64,000 nt of DNA from an uncultured Chloroflexia bacterium (GTDB lineage Bacteria > Chloroflexota > Limnocylindria > QHBO01). Location of the stretch: NCBI GenBank assembly GCA_963777045.1, contig CAVZPD010000009.1:139583-203582 (forward strand), given 5' to 3'. The notes beneath the pieces were generated by a model. The model made no database searches. It worked only from the letters and a program-made list of their open reading frames with translations, and was not told the origin of the DNA. Shown here one piece after another: positions 27,319 through 37,053 of the stretch (the stretch's first letter is position 1; every line of letters begins with the position of its first letter). The position numbers and the translations under genes were made by a program.

Positions 27319-28851
27319 GTGACTCCATCGGTACCTCGGAGCGGAGCCAGGCGGACTGCCGCCCTGCTCGCCGCCCTGGCCCTGGTGATTGCCCTACCGG
27401 CCAGCGGCGCGCTCGCGAAGAAGAACGTCTCCGGCTACACGACGTCGGAGCCTCCACTGCTCACCGCCAACCAGGCCGGCGTGACGTTCACGGCGCTCAT
27501 CAACTCCGGCGAAACCGCCTTCGGCGACGAGTTCGCCGGACTGCCAGACGGCATCGGTGCGGTTCCGGCGCCCGGCAACCAGGGCTACGTGGACCTGTAC
27601 GTGAACCACGAAGAGTCACACGTGCCGTTCCTGGGCACGGCGGACTTCAATGACTCGTCGGTCTCGCGCGTGCGGGTGGACGTCGGATCCAGATCCATCA
27701 TCGACATGGACATTCCGCTGCCCGCGAGCCTTGGCTTCATCCGCTTCTGCTCGAGCTTCATGGCCGGGCCGGCGGAGGGATTCCCGCACTACACGCTGCT
27801 GACCAACGAGGAGTCGAACGACATTCTCGACGTGCCGGCGGGCGCGCCCTACGGCGCCGATCCGGCCCTGGCCCCGCAGCGGCAGGCCGGCTACTCGGTC
27901 GCGCTCGACACCGTGACCGGAAAGGTGACGACGCTCGACGCGGCAGGACGCCACAATCACGAGAACCAGGTCGTGGTGCCGGGTGGCTGGAAGGGGATCT
28001 ACTCCCTCTCCGGCGACGACACCTTCAGCGCCCCCAGCTCGCAGCTCTACATGTTCGCCAGCCCGAAGTGGCAGACCTATGTGAAGGGCGATGGCACGCT
28101 GTGGGCCTTCCGCGTCACGGCGACCGAGTCCGGGCCGGTGGACGCCACCGACGCGTTCAATGGCGCCAACGACTACCTCGACATGCAGCCGGGCGATACC
28201 TGGTCCGGCGAGTTCATCCCGGTTCCGGATGATGTTGCCCGGGGCCTGACCGGAGAGGCGCCGCAGACGGCCCTCGAGAACTGGTCGAATGCGAACAACG
28301 TCTTCCAGTTCGTCCGGATCGAGGACATCGACTACGACCCCGACAGCCCACGGACGGTCTACTTCGCCGACACGGGTACCACTCGTTTGATCCCCGACGG
28401 GAACGGACGGCTGGCCCGTGGGCCGAGCGGCACCGGCGTCAACACCAACGGCCGCATCTTCAAGATGACCATGAACGCGGACGACCCCACCGTGGTCGAC
28501 TCGTTCAGCATCCTGGCCGATGCAGACCAGCTCACTCCCGCGATGCGCAGCCCCGACAACATCGACGTCGGGCACGACAGCATCATGGTCCAGGAGGACA
28601 CCAGCAGCTTCTCGAAGATCTGGCAGTACTCCATGGGCAGCGGCGAGTGGACCGTCGTGGCCACGGGCGCAGTTGAGGATGCCGAAACGAGCGGCATCCT
28701 GGACGTCTCGCCGTGGTTCGGTCCCGGCATGTGGGCCCTCGTGGTGCAGGACCACACCCCGGCACACTGGGTTCGCTGGGAGACGGTCGGTGACGTGACC
28801 TACAAGGAGGAGGCCGGACAGCTGCTGCTGATGCACGTCCCCAACAGTTGA
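27319..28851 (+). CDS. secreted protein, probably PhoX/DUF839-like beta-propeller phosphatase
   Basis: GTG start preceded by GAGGAGG. Signal peptide RRTAALLAALALVIALPASGALA. Motifs AAGRHNHENQVV and FQFVRIEDIDYDPDSPRTVYFADTG resemble PhoX-type phosphatases. Genomic context is the Pho regulon. Confidence 0.45.
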   Translation: MTPSVPRSGARRTAALLAALALVIALPASGALAKKNVSGYTTSEPPLLTANQAGVTFTALINSGETAFGDEFAGLPDGIGAVPAPGNQGYVDLYVNHEESHVPFLGTADFNDSSVSRVRVDVGSRSIIDMDIPLPASLGFIRFCSSFMAGPAEGFPHYTLLTNEESNDILDVPAGAPYGADPALAPQRQAGYSVALDTVTGKVTTLDAAGRHNHENQVVVPGGWKGIYSLSGDDTFSAPSSQLYMFASPKWQTYVKGDGTLWAFRVTATESGPVDATDAFNGANDYLDMQPGDTWSGEFIPVPDDVARGLTGEAPQTALENWSNANNVFQFVRIEDIDYDPDSPRTVYFADTGTTRLIPDGNGRLARGPSGTGVNTNGRIFKMTMNADDPTVVDSFSILADADQLTPAMRSPDNIDVGHDSIMVQEDTSSFSKIWQYSMGSGEWTVVATGAVEDAETSGILDVSPWFGPGMWALVVQDHTPAHWVRWETVGDVTYKEEAGQLLLMHVPNS

Positions 28852-28874
28852 CCCGCGAAACTCCTTAACGCTCG

Positions 28875-28910
28875 GAAGGGCCGCCCACGAGGGCGGTCCT
28901 TCTGCATCCG
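28875..28910 (+). terminator. probable intrinsic terminator after the PhoX-like gene
   Basis: GAAGGGCCGCCC-ACGA-GGGCGGUCCUUC hairpin (one G-U pair) starting 24 nt after the stop, followed by UGCAUCC. The U-tract is weak. Confidence 0.4.
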
Positions 28911-28966
28911 ATTGACCGATGCGCCAGACTGCACCACACATCGGCCCGCATTCACCGGAGGACCCC

Positions 28967-29155
28967 GTGTTCACCTTCGAGCAGATGGCATTCCTGCACC
29001 GCCACGAGGACGAGTGGCGAGAGCTGCAGGAAGTACCGCATCACACCTCGTCGGATGACGACGACCTGGAGCGACGGCTCCTCCGCGGCGAGAAGGTCTT
29101 CCGCTGCGTCGACTGTGACCTCGAGGTCATCGCTGCCCCCCGGAACTCTCGCTGA
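28967..29155 (+). CDS. small hypothetical protein (62 aa)
   Basis: GTG preceded by GGAGGA with a 5-nt spacer. VFTFEQMAFLHRHEDEWRELQ...FRCVDCDLEV. Coding-like GC3. Confidence 0.3.
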   Translation: MFTFEQMAFLHRHEDEWRELQEVPHHTSSDDDDLERRLLRGEKVFRCVDCDLEVIAAPRNSR

Positions 29156-29174
29156 GGCGATCTCCGGAGACTTG

Positions 29175-31475
29175 GTGCGACGATCGCGCGATCCGTCCGG
29201 AGTCCTTCGGGGCCCGGTAGCGGGGGTGCTGCTGTCGGCGACCCTGCTCGGCGGGTGCGCACCGGCGGCCCATGCCGGAAGCCTTCGGGCGACGCTCAGC
29301 ATGGAGCAGCCGGGCGGCCTCCCGGTCGCGATGCAGAACGGGATCCCGGTCCCGACCTTCGAGCGCCAGGCGCGCCGACAGCTCGAGCTGAGCGGGACGT
29401 GGCGCGTGCAGCGCGTGGACCTTTCGGACGAACTCTCGCTCACCGATCGATCGCAGTCGCTGGGCGCCATCGTGGCCGAGGCCGGGGGCCGCGAGCAGCC
29501 CGCCTACGACGACGCGAGCTGGGGAGAGCTCGAGGTTCCCGGCACGCTGAACCGCCCTCCCGACGGCGACGAGACCGACGGCTGGTACCGGCGCAGCATC
29601 TACGTCTCCCGGCGCTGGCAGGGGATGGCGACCACGCTGAAGTTCGCCTCGGCCAACTACCTGGCCGACGTGTGGCTCAACGGCCAGCACCTCGGCTACC
29701 ACGAGGGCGGCTACACGCCGTTCGCGTTCGACGTGACCGACGTGCTGCAGCCGGGCCGCCGCAACGTGCTCGCGGTTCGGATCGACAACCCGCCGTGGGG
29801 CACGCGCAACGACATCGTTCCGTGGGGCCTGGCGGATTGGTGGAACTACGGGGGTATCACCGGCCGAGTCTGGATCGAGGCCACGCCAGCCACTCACCTC
29901 GTCCGGGCGGACGTGGTGCCGCACCTCGACGGGATCGACGTCGCGGTGGTGATGCGGCGAACCGCTGGAGTGGCAGACCGCGATCCCTCGGCGTCGGCAA
30001 CGGCCGCCGGCCAGAGCCCGTCGCCGACGGCCACAGCGACGCTCGCCCCCGGCGTCTCGGCCCGACCACCGGAGATCCAGGCCCCCGAGGCGGTGCCGGA
30101 GCTGCGGGTCGAGGTCTACCCCGCGGAGGTCCGCCCCGACAATCTGCTGAGCGAGCTGGCCTCGGCCCTGGTGCCGCCCGGCTCCCAGCCGCAGGCGAGC
30201 GATGCGCTGCCCCTGCCAGCGCTGGAACCCGGCGGGACGGCACGGCTCGACACCGGCTTCCTGCTCGGCGGCGTCGATCACTGGACACCATCCCACCCGG
30301 CGCTCTACGTCCTGCACGCCGTCCTGACCGATGGCGACGGCTCGCCGGTCGACGAGCTGTGGACGACCTTCGGGCTGCGGCGCGCCGGCGTGAACCCGGA
30401 CACCGGCCAGCTGCTGCTCAACGGCGACCCCGTGTCCTTCACCGGCGTCGGGCTGCACGACGAGCGGATCGACCCCGACGGCGACGGGGAGCGCGCGACC
30501 GCGGAGCCCATCACCGCTCCCCAGGACCTGCTCGCGCAGCTGGACCATGCACGCAACGTCCAGGCGGACCTGTTGCGCACCGGGCACACGCCGGCAAACC
30601 CGCTGCTGCTCATGCTGGCCGATCGGCTGGGTTTCGCCGTCTGGGAGGAGATACCGCTCTACCACTACACGCCGCTCACCTATGGCATCGCCATGGAGCG
30701 GGGCCTCCCGCAGCAGATGCTGCGCGAGATGGCGCTGCGCGACATGAATCGCGCCTCCGTGCTCTTCCACGGCCTCTCGAACGAATCGACCGGGACCGAT
30801 GCGCGAGCGGCAGCGCTCGCAACGCTGCACGCCGTCGACCGCGAAATCGACGGCACCCGCCTCACCGGCCAGGCGGCCTACGGCTCGATGCCGGATGATG
30901 CGACCCATGCCCCGCTCGACGTCGCCGGCTTCACCTTCTACTACGGGGTCTTCTACGGCAGCGATGCGGCCACGGACACCGCCCGGGCGCTCGAGATCGC
31001 GCACGCGACGAACCCGGACAAGCCGGTGATGGCGCTCGAGTTCGGCCGGTGGGCCGATGGGCCTGGCGGCCCTCAGGCGCAGGCGGGGATCCTCGAGGAA
31101 ACCTACCCCGAGCTCAACCTGCGCAGCTCACGCTGGGGCGGGTACGTGGGGGCGAGCGTGTGGTGGACGCTCGAGGACTTCACGACCATGGTGCCGGGCA
31201 TCGGCATCGAGCACTTCGGCCTCTACGAGCCGTCGGGGACGAGGCGCGCTTCTGGGGCAACGGCGACGCGCCTCTTCGCCGCCGACGCCGGGGAGGGGGC
31301 GCAGCAACAGATCGAGTCCGAGGTGCAGCGGTCCGAGGTGATCCGGAGCGTGACCGGTTCAGACTGGCGCCTGGTCGGCTACCTCGCCTACGGCGTCGGT
31401 CTCAGCCTGCTCGTCATGATCGGGCTGCTCGCGGTCCTGCTGCGTCGCGGCGGGCGGGCGAGGGCCGGTACGTGA
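29175..31475 (+). CDS. glycoside hydrolase family 2-like lipoprotein with C-terminal TM anchor
   Basis: Lipobox LLGGCAPA. GH2 sugar-binding jelly-roll motif WYRR...NGQHLGYHEGGYTPFAFDVTD. TIM-barrel region LLRTGHTPANPLLLMLADRLGFAVWEEIPLYH. C-terminal LVGYLAYGVGLSLLVMIGLLAVLL. Confidence 0.55.
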   Translation: MRRSRDPSGVLRGPVAGVLLSATLLGGCAPAAHAGSLRATLSMEQPGGLPVAMQNGIPVPTFERQARRQLELSGTWRVQRVDLSDELSLTDRSQSLGAIVAEAGGREQPAYDDASWGELEVPGTLNRPPDGDETDGWYRRSIYVSRRWQGMATTLKFASANYLADVWLNGQHLGYHEGGYTPFAFDVTDVLQPGRRNVLAVRIDNPPWGTRNDIVPWGLADWWNYGGITGRVWIEATPATHLVRADVVPHLDGIDVAVVMRRTAGVADRDPSASATAAGQSPSPTATATLAPGVSARPPEIQAPEAVPELRVEVYPAEVRPDNLLSELASALVPPGSQPQASDALPLPALEPGGTARLDTGFLLGGVDHWTPSHPALYVLHAVLTDGDGSPVDELWTTFGLRRAGVNPDTGQLLLNGDPVSFTGVGLHDERIDPDGDGERATAEPITAPQDLLAQLDHARNVQADLLRTGHTPANPLLLMLADRLGFAVWEEIPLYHYTPLTYGIAMERGLPQQMLREMALRDMNRASVLFHGLSNESTGTDARAAALATLHAVDREIDGTRLTGQAAYGSMPDDATHAPLDVAGFTFYYGVFYGSDAATDTARALEIAHATNPDKPVMALEFGRWADGPGGPQAQAGILEETYPELNLRSSRWGGYVGASVWWTLEDFTTMVPGIGIEHFGLYEPSGTRRASGATATRLFAADAGEGAQQQIESEVQRSEVIRSVTGSDWRLVGYLAYGVGLSLLVMIGLLAVLLRRGGRARAGT

Positions 31476-31867
31476 GGCTGGTTCGGGGGCGGCTCGCCGC
31501 CGTCTCGGTCCGCGCCTCGTTCGGTGCGGGCCTGTGGGTGGGCGGGGCGCTGGGCCTGGTGCTCGGCTCGGTGCTGGGAGCCCTCCTGGTCTGGTTCACC
31601 GGTTCGGTCCTGGACTGGCAGCGGGAGCTGGGCTTCACCCTCGGCATCGCTCGCACCCTGCTCCCCTTCGGCGACCAGATTGGTGCGCTCCGCTGGATCA
31701 GCAGCACGTGGTGGGTCGTGATTCCACTGGCCGCGCTCGTCTGCGCGATCCTGACGGGGGCGGTCGGGGGGCTCATCGGGGCGCTGGTGGCGGCGGCGTA
31801 CAACCGCTCGCCCCGTCACGCGGCGGTCGTGGTCGAGCTACCCGATGAGCCCGCCCCCGATCAGTAG
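31472..31867 (+). CDS. small membrane protein (hypothetical), translationally coupled to the GH2 gene
   Basis: GTGA overlap with the GH2 stop. 131 aa with three to four TM segments (LWVGGALGLVLGSVLGALLVWF..., WWVVIPLAALVCAILTGAVGGLIGALVAAA). Confidence 0.4.
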   Translation: MRLVRGRLAAVSVRASFGAGLWVGGALGLVLGSVLGALLVWFTGSVLDWQRELGFTLGIARTLLPFGDQIGALRWISSTWWVVIPLAALVCAILTGAVGGLIGALVAAAYNRSPRHAAVVVELPDEPAPDQ

Positions 31868-32442
31868 TCGTACAGGCTGCTGGCCGAGGAAGCCGCTCCC
31901 GGGACGGAGCCGTCCGGCTTGGCAGCGAACCACACGTCGCCGACGCCCTGTCCGTTCGTGTCGCCGGGAGCCGCATCACCCGCGAAGTAGTAGAGCGGCC
32001 AGTCATTCAGCGTGACCTGCGTGGAGCCGTCGTCCCGCTCGATCGTGCTGAGCTCACCGCTGACGCCGTCCCCCGCCACCGGCGTCGCCCCGGCGTCGAC
32101 CGTGAGCGGCGGCCAGGTCTGCAGGCAGCTGTCGAAGCAGGAGGTCTCGCCCGGCGAATCGTTGAGGAAGATGTAGACGGAATTGCCGTCCGCATCGGTC
32201 AGGTAGTCGCCGATCGCATCGGACGAGGCGGTCACGACGGTGGCATCGGCGGCGGGTTCCTCGCTCTCCGCTTCGGACGGGCTCGGGGCCTCGGACGGTG
32301 CCTGGCTGGCCGGTACGGAGGCGGCGACGCTCGGCGATCCGCTCGACGGCGATGCGCCACCGCCCTGGCAGGCAGCCAGCACCAGTGCGAACGCGAGCGG
32401 CAAGCCGATCCGGGGAAGCTGCGCGTGGTTGAGACGGAACAT
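31861..32442 (-). CDS. secreted lipoprotein of the PF03640-like 'secreted repeat' family
   Basis: Lipobox LVLAACQ, low-complexity Ser/Pro/Glu linker, then two repeats of the ...LYxFxxDxxGxSxCxxxCxxxWPP type (SVYIFLNDSPGETSCFDSCLQTWPPL; WPLYYFAGDAAPGDTNGQG). Confidence 0.55.
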   Translation of the reverse strand: MFRLNHAQLPRIGLPLAFALVLAACQGGGASPSSGSPSVAASVPASQAPSEAPSPSEAESEEPAADATVVTASSDAIGDYLTDADGNSVYIFLNDSPGETSCFDSCLQTWPPLTVDAGATPVAGDGVSGELSTIERDDGSTQVTLNDWPLYYFAGDAAPGDTNGQGVGDVWFAAKPDGSVPGAASSASSLYDY

Positions 32443-32501
32443 CGGGCATCCTCAATGGATTGGTTACCGTCCCGTACGCGCCCGGTTACCGCTGCGCGGA
32501 C

Positions 32502-34082
<1,581 letters not shown>

Positions 34083-34368
34083 GCTGGTCTCCTCCTTCTT
34101 CCGTCACCGCGCTCGGGACGTCTGTTGGTAGTCGACCGGCCGCGCGTCACCACGTTGGGCGTGGGAGTCGGCTTCCGCAGTCTATGCATCTCGCCGTTGC
34201 AGCTCCGGATGGGAGCAGGAACGTTAACGAACATTGTACTCCCACCCTGTCCACCAGCACGATCTGGGCCGGAACCGACACCGCGGCGTTCCGGCTCCAC
34301 GCCAGGATCCGGCTCCGCACGTCCCGCCTGGGCCGTGGACCGGCATGCCTCGGCCCGTGCCGATAGAT

Positions 34369-34539
34369 CTCTCGCGTTGCGCCCGAACCCCGCGCCGGGT
34401 CAACCCATCGCAGATCTATCGGTACAGCGTGCGCGCGGACCCGCCCAATGGGTCCCATTCGTGCCCACCCTGCACCGATAGACCGATCAAACCCATACCC
34501 ACGCCGGGCCCTCGGTGCGATTCGGCCACTTCTATCGCG
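34369..34539. repeat. array of four copies of an ATCTATCGG-type motif in the pckA / GH3 divergent intergenic region
   Basis: GCCGATAGATCT (34369-), CAGATCTATCGGTAC (34411-), CACCGATAGACCGATC (34474-), CTTCTATCGCG (34529-). Spacing is ~50-60 nt. The same motif recurs three times at 2895-3020. Confidence 0.4.
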
Positions 34540-34606
34540 TCAGGACGCACATGAGCGGGCCAAGGCGAGGCGGGCATGCCGCGTCGATTGGGGGCAAGAT
34601 GGACCC

Positions 34607-35833
34607 GTGAATCGCCGGCAGTTCCTCATCGGCGCCACGGTCAGCGCACTCGGCGCGGTCGTCGCCGCCTGCTCGAAGGCGCTCGAGAGCGCGGGCCTGA
34701 CGCCGTCGCCCACAGCGGCGCCCTCGGCCACGCCTCCGCCGCCCAGTCCCACCGTCGAAGCAACCGCCACTGCAAATCCCGAGGAGGAGCTTCGCACGGA
34801 GATCGGCCAGATGCTGCTGGTCGGCTTCCGGGGCCTGACCGTCGACGACTCCTCGCAGGTCATCCGCGACGTCCGCGAGCGTGGACTGGGCGGCGTGGTC
34901 CTCTTCGACAAGGACCTGCCGAGCGGCTCCGACGTGCGGAACGTCGAGTCGCCGGCGCAGGTCGCTGCGCTGACCGCCGAGCTCCAGGCGGCCGCGGCCG
35001 GCGCCTATGGACAGCCGCTGCTCATCGCCGTCGACGAGGAGGGCGGACTGGTGCAGCGCCTCGGCCCCGCCCAAGGCTTCCCCGACTTCCCTTCGGCGGC
35101 GAGGCTGGGCGAGCGTGGCGACCCCGATTTCACGCGACGCAGCGCCGGCGACATGGCGCACGTCCTCCAGCAGGCGGGCATCAACCTCAACCTGGCGCCG
35201 GTAGCCGACGTCAACGTCAACCCGACGAACCCGGTGATCGGCGCACTGGGACGCAGCTTCTCCGCCGACCCGGAGGTGGTGGCGGCCCAGGCGGCAGCAT
35301 TCGTCGTGGGGCACCGCGACGTGGGCGTGCGGACCAGCCTGAAGCACTTCCCGGGGCATGGCAGCTCGACCACGGACAGTCACCGGGGCTTCGTCGACGT
35401 GACCGACACCTGGAGCCGACGTGAGCTCATCCCGTACCGCGAGCTCTTCGCCGCCAACACCGCCGATACGGTCCTGACCGCCCACGTCTTCAACGCGGCG
35501 CTGGATCCCGACTATCCCGCCACGCTCTCCAGGCCGACCATCGACGGGCTCCTGCGCGGCGAGCTCGGGTGGAGCGGGCCCATCATCAGCGACGACCTGC
35601 AGATGGGCGCCATTCGCGACATCTACGGGACCGATGAGGCCCTGGTTCGATGCATCGGCGCTGGCGTGGACATCCTGCTGATCGCACAGCAGCAGGTCTT
35701 CGAGGAGGACCTCGTCGCCACCACCATCGACCGCGTGGTGGCGCTGGTGAATGCGGGCGACGTCGACCGGGAGCGGATCTCGGAGGCGGCCGCGAGGATC
35801 GCCGCGTTCAAGGCGACCCTGTCCGAATCGTAG
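34607..35833 (+). CDS. glycoside hydrolase family 3 N-terminal domain protein (beta-N-acetylhexosaminidase NagZ-like), Tat lipoprotein
   Basis: GTG start. Tat motif NRRQFLIGATVSALGAVVAACS (lipobox). GH3 core MLLVGFRG...GGVVLFDKD...KHFPGHG...D...ISDDLQMGA. Confidence 0.7.
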   Translation: MNRRQFLIGATVSALGAVVAACSKALESAGLTPSPTAAPSATPPPPSPTVEATATANPEEELRTEIGQMLLVGFRGLTVDDSSQVIRDVRERGLGGVVLFDKDLPSGSDVRNVESPAQVAALTAELQAAAAGAYGQPLLIAVDEEGGLVQRLGPAQGFPDFPSAARLGERGDPDFTRRSAGDMAHVLQQAGINLNLAPVADVNVNPTNPVIGALGRSFSADPEVVAAQAAAFVVGHRDVGVRTSLKHFPGHGSSTTDSHRGFVDVTDTWSRRELIPYRELFAANTADTVLTAHVFNAALDPDYPATLSRPTIDGLLRGELGWSGPIISDDLQMGAIRDIYGTDEALVRCIGAGVDILLIAQQQVFEEDLVATTIDRVVALVNAGDVDRERISEAAARIAAFKATLSES

Positions 35834-35846
35834 GTTTCACGTTCCC

Positions 35847-36284
35847 ATGACGACGGTCGCATATCCTGCCGACGTGGCCAACATCCTCTTCCTCTGCGTG
35901 CACAACGCTGGTCGCTCCCAGATGGCCGCTGGCTTCGCCCGGCACCTGGGCGGCGACCGAGTGCGGGTCTTCTCCGGCGGTTCCGAACCGGCCGATGCCG
36001 TCAATCCCGTGGCAGTGGCGGCCATGGCGGAGCAGGGGATCGACATCGGTGCAGAACAACCCCGACGCTGGACCGATGACGGCGTGCGCGCCGCGGACGT
36101 GGTGGTGACCATGGGCTGCGGCGACACCTGCCCCTACTACCCGGGGCGCCGCTACGTCGACTGGGAGCTGGACGATCCGGCCGGCCGGCCGATCGAGGAG
36201 GTACGCCCCATCCGCGACGAGATCGAGCGGCGCGTCCGCGGACTGCTCGGCGAGCTGGGCGTACCATCGGCCTCCGATGGCTGA
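35847..36284 (+). CDS. low-molecular-weight phosphotyrosine phosphatase / ArsC-family arsenate reductase
   Basis: P-loop ILFLCVHNAGRSQMA (CX5R) and a second Cys pair MGCGDTCPYYP, typical of thioredoxin/mycothiol-coupled ArsC of the LMW-PTP fold. Confidence 0.7.
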   Translation: MTTVAYPADVANILFLCVHNAGRSQMAAGFARHLGGDRVRVFSGGSEPADAVNPVAVAAMAEQGIDIGAEQPRRWTDDGVRAADVVVTMGCGDTCPYYPGRRYVDWELDDPAGRPIEEVRPIRDEIERRVRGLLGELGVPSASDG

Positions 36285-36825
36285 CTTCATCTCGGAGACG
36301 ACCGATCTGCTGCGGCGCACCCCCGACGTGCTTCGCAGCCTCCTCATCGGCCTACCTGAAGGATGGACCGATACGCCCGACACGCCGGCTGGCTGGCGCC
36401 CACGCGACGTCGTCGGCCACCTGATCACCGGCGAGCTGACCGATTGGATGGAGCGCACGCAGCGGATCCTGGAGCACGGCACGTCGCTGCCCTTCGACCG
36501 CTTCGACCGCTTCGCGCACGGGGACCGGGACGCCGACGCCTCCCTGGACGAGCTGGTCGAGCGCTTCGCCCAGCTCCGCGCGGAGAACCTGGCCCGGCTG
36601 GAGGAGCTCGTCACCGATGCCGACCTGGACCGGCGCGGCATGCACCCATGGCTGGGCGAGGTGACACTGCGAGAGCTCCTCTCGACCTGGGCGGTCCACG
36701 ACCTGGACCACGTCTCGCAGATCTTCGCGGGGATGGCCGGCTCGCACGACGCGGTGGTTGGGCCCTGGAAGGCCTACCTCGGAATCCTGCTTCGTCGCGA
36801 GGATCCCGCGGCCGTCGCCGGCTGA
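36277..36825 (+). CDS. DinB/YfiT-like (DinB_2) metal-dependent four-helix-bundle protein
   Basis: ATG overlaps the ArsC stop. HxxxE-type motifs (DVVGHLITGELTDW...WAVHDLDHVSQI) characteristic of the DinB_2 / mycothiol-dependent isomerase N-terminal-like fold. Confidence 0.55.
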   Translation: MADFISETTDLLRRTPDVLRSLLIGLPEGWTDTPDTPAGWRPRDVVGHLITGELTDWMERTQRILEHGTSLPFDRFDRFAHGDRDADASLDELVERFAQLRAENLARLEELVTDADLDRRGMHPWLGEVTLRELLSTWAVHDLDHVSQIFAGMAGSHDAVVGPWKAYLGILLRREDPAAVAG

Positions 36826-36927
36826 CGCCTCGGGTCAGCTCGAGGGCAGCCGCCATGCCTGCGCGGCGATAACGCTTCGCCGCCGTCATGCGCGCGACAG
36901 AGGTGGAGGGCGCCTGGTTGTTTGGTA

Positions 36928-36957
36928 TTGCCAGCGCCGGTCGAGTGCGGTTAGGGT
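36928..36957 (+). promoter_or_regulatory. candidate promoter of the giant secreted protein gene
   Basis: TTGCCA, ~18-nt spacer, TAGGGT. It is followed by AGGGGG (36979-36984) and the in-frame signal-peptide codons. Confidence 0.25.
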
Positions 36958-37053
36958 AGGGGCGCCCAGTGCCCAAGTAGGGGGTTCACCATCGGCGCTC
37001 GCCTGCTGAGGGTCGCCCACGCCCTCGCGTTCGCAATCTTCCTCGCGCTCCCG

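Noticed and set aside
27062-27457. 5' extension of the DUF47 ORF (track 26444..27457)
   Set aside because: The PhoU-like domain starts at Met 27061. The extension is Arg/Pro-rich and would run into the promoter region of the divergent PhoX-like gene.
34147-34554. Small overlapping ORFs in the pckA / GH3 divergent intergenic region
   Set aside because: They span the ATCTATCGG repeat array. The translations are low-complexity with no GC3 coding signal. More likely regulatory DNA.
36982-36992. GGTTCACC (Streptomyces-type PHO box core) just upstream of the giant gene
   Set aside because: Only a single unit, with no second 11-nt direct repeat. It coincides with the putative SD and start region, so it probably matches by chance.
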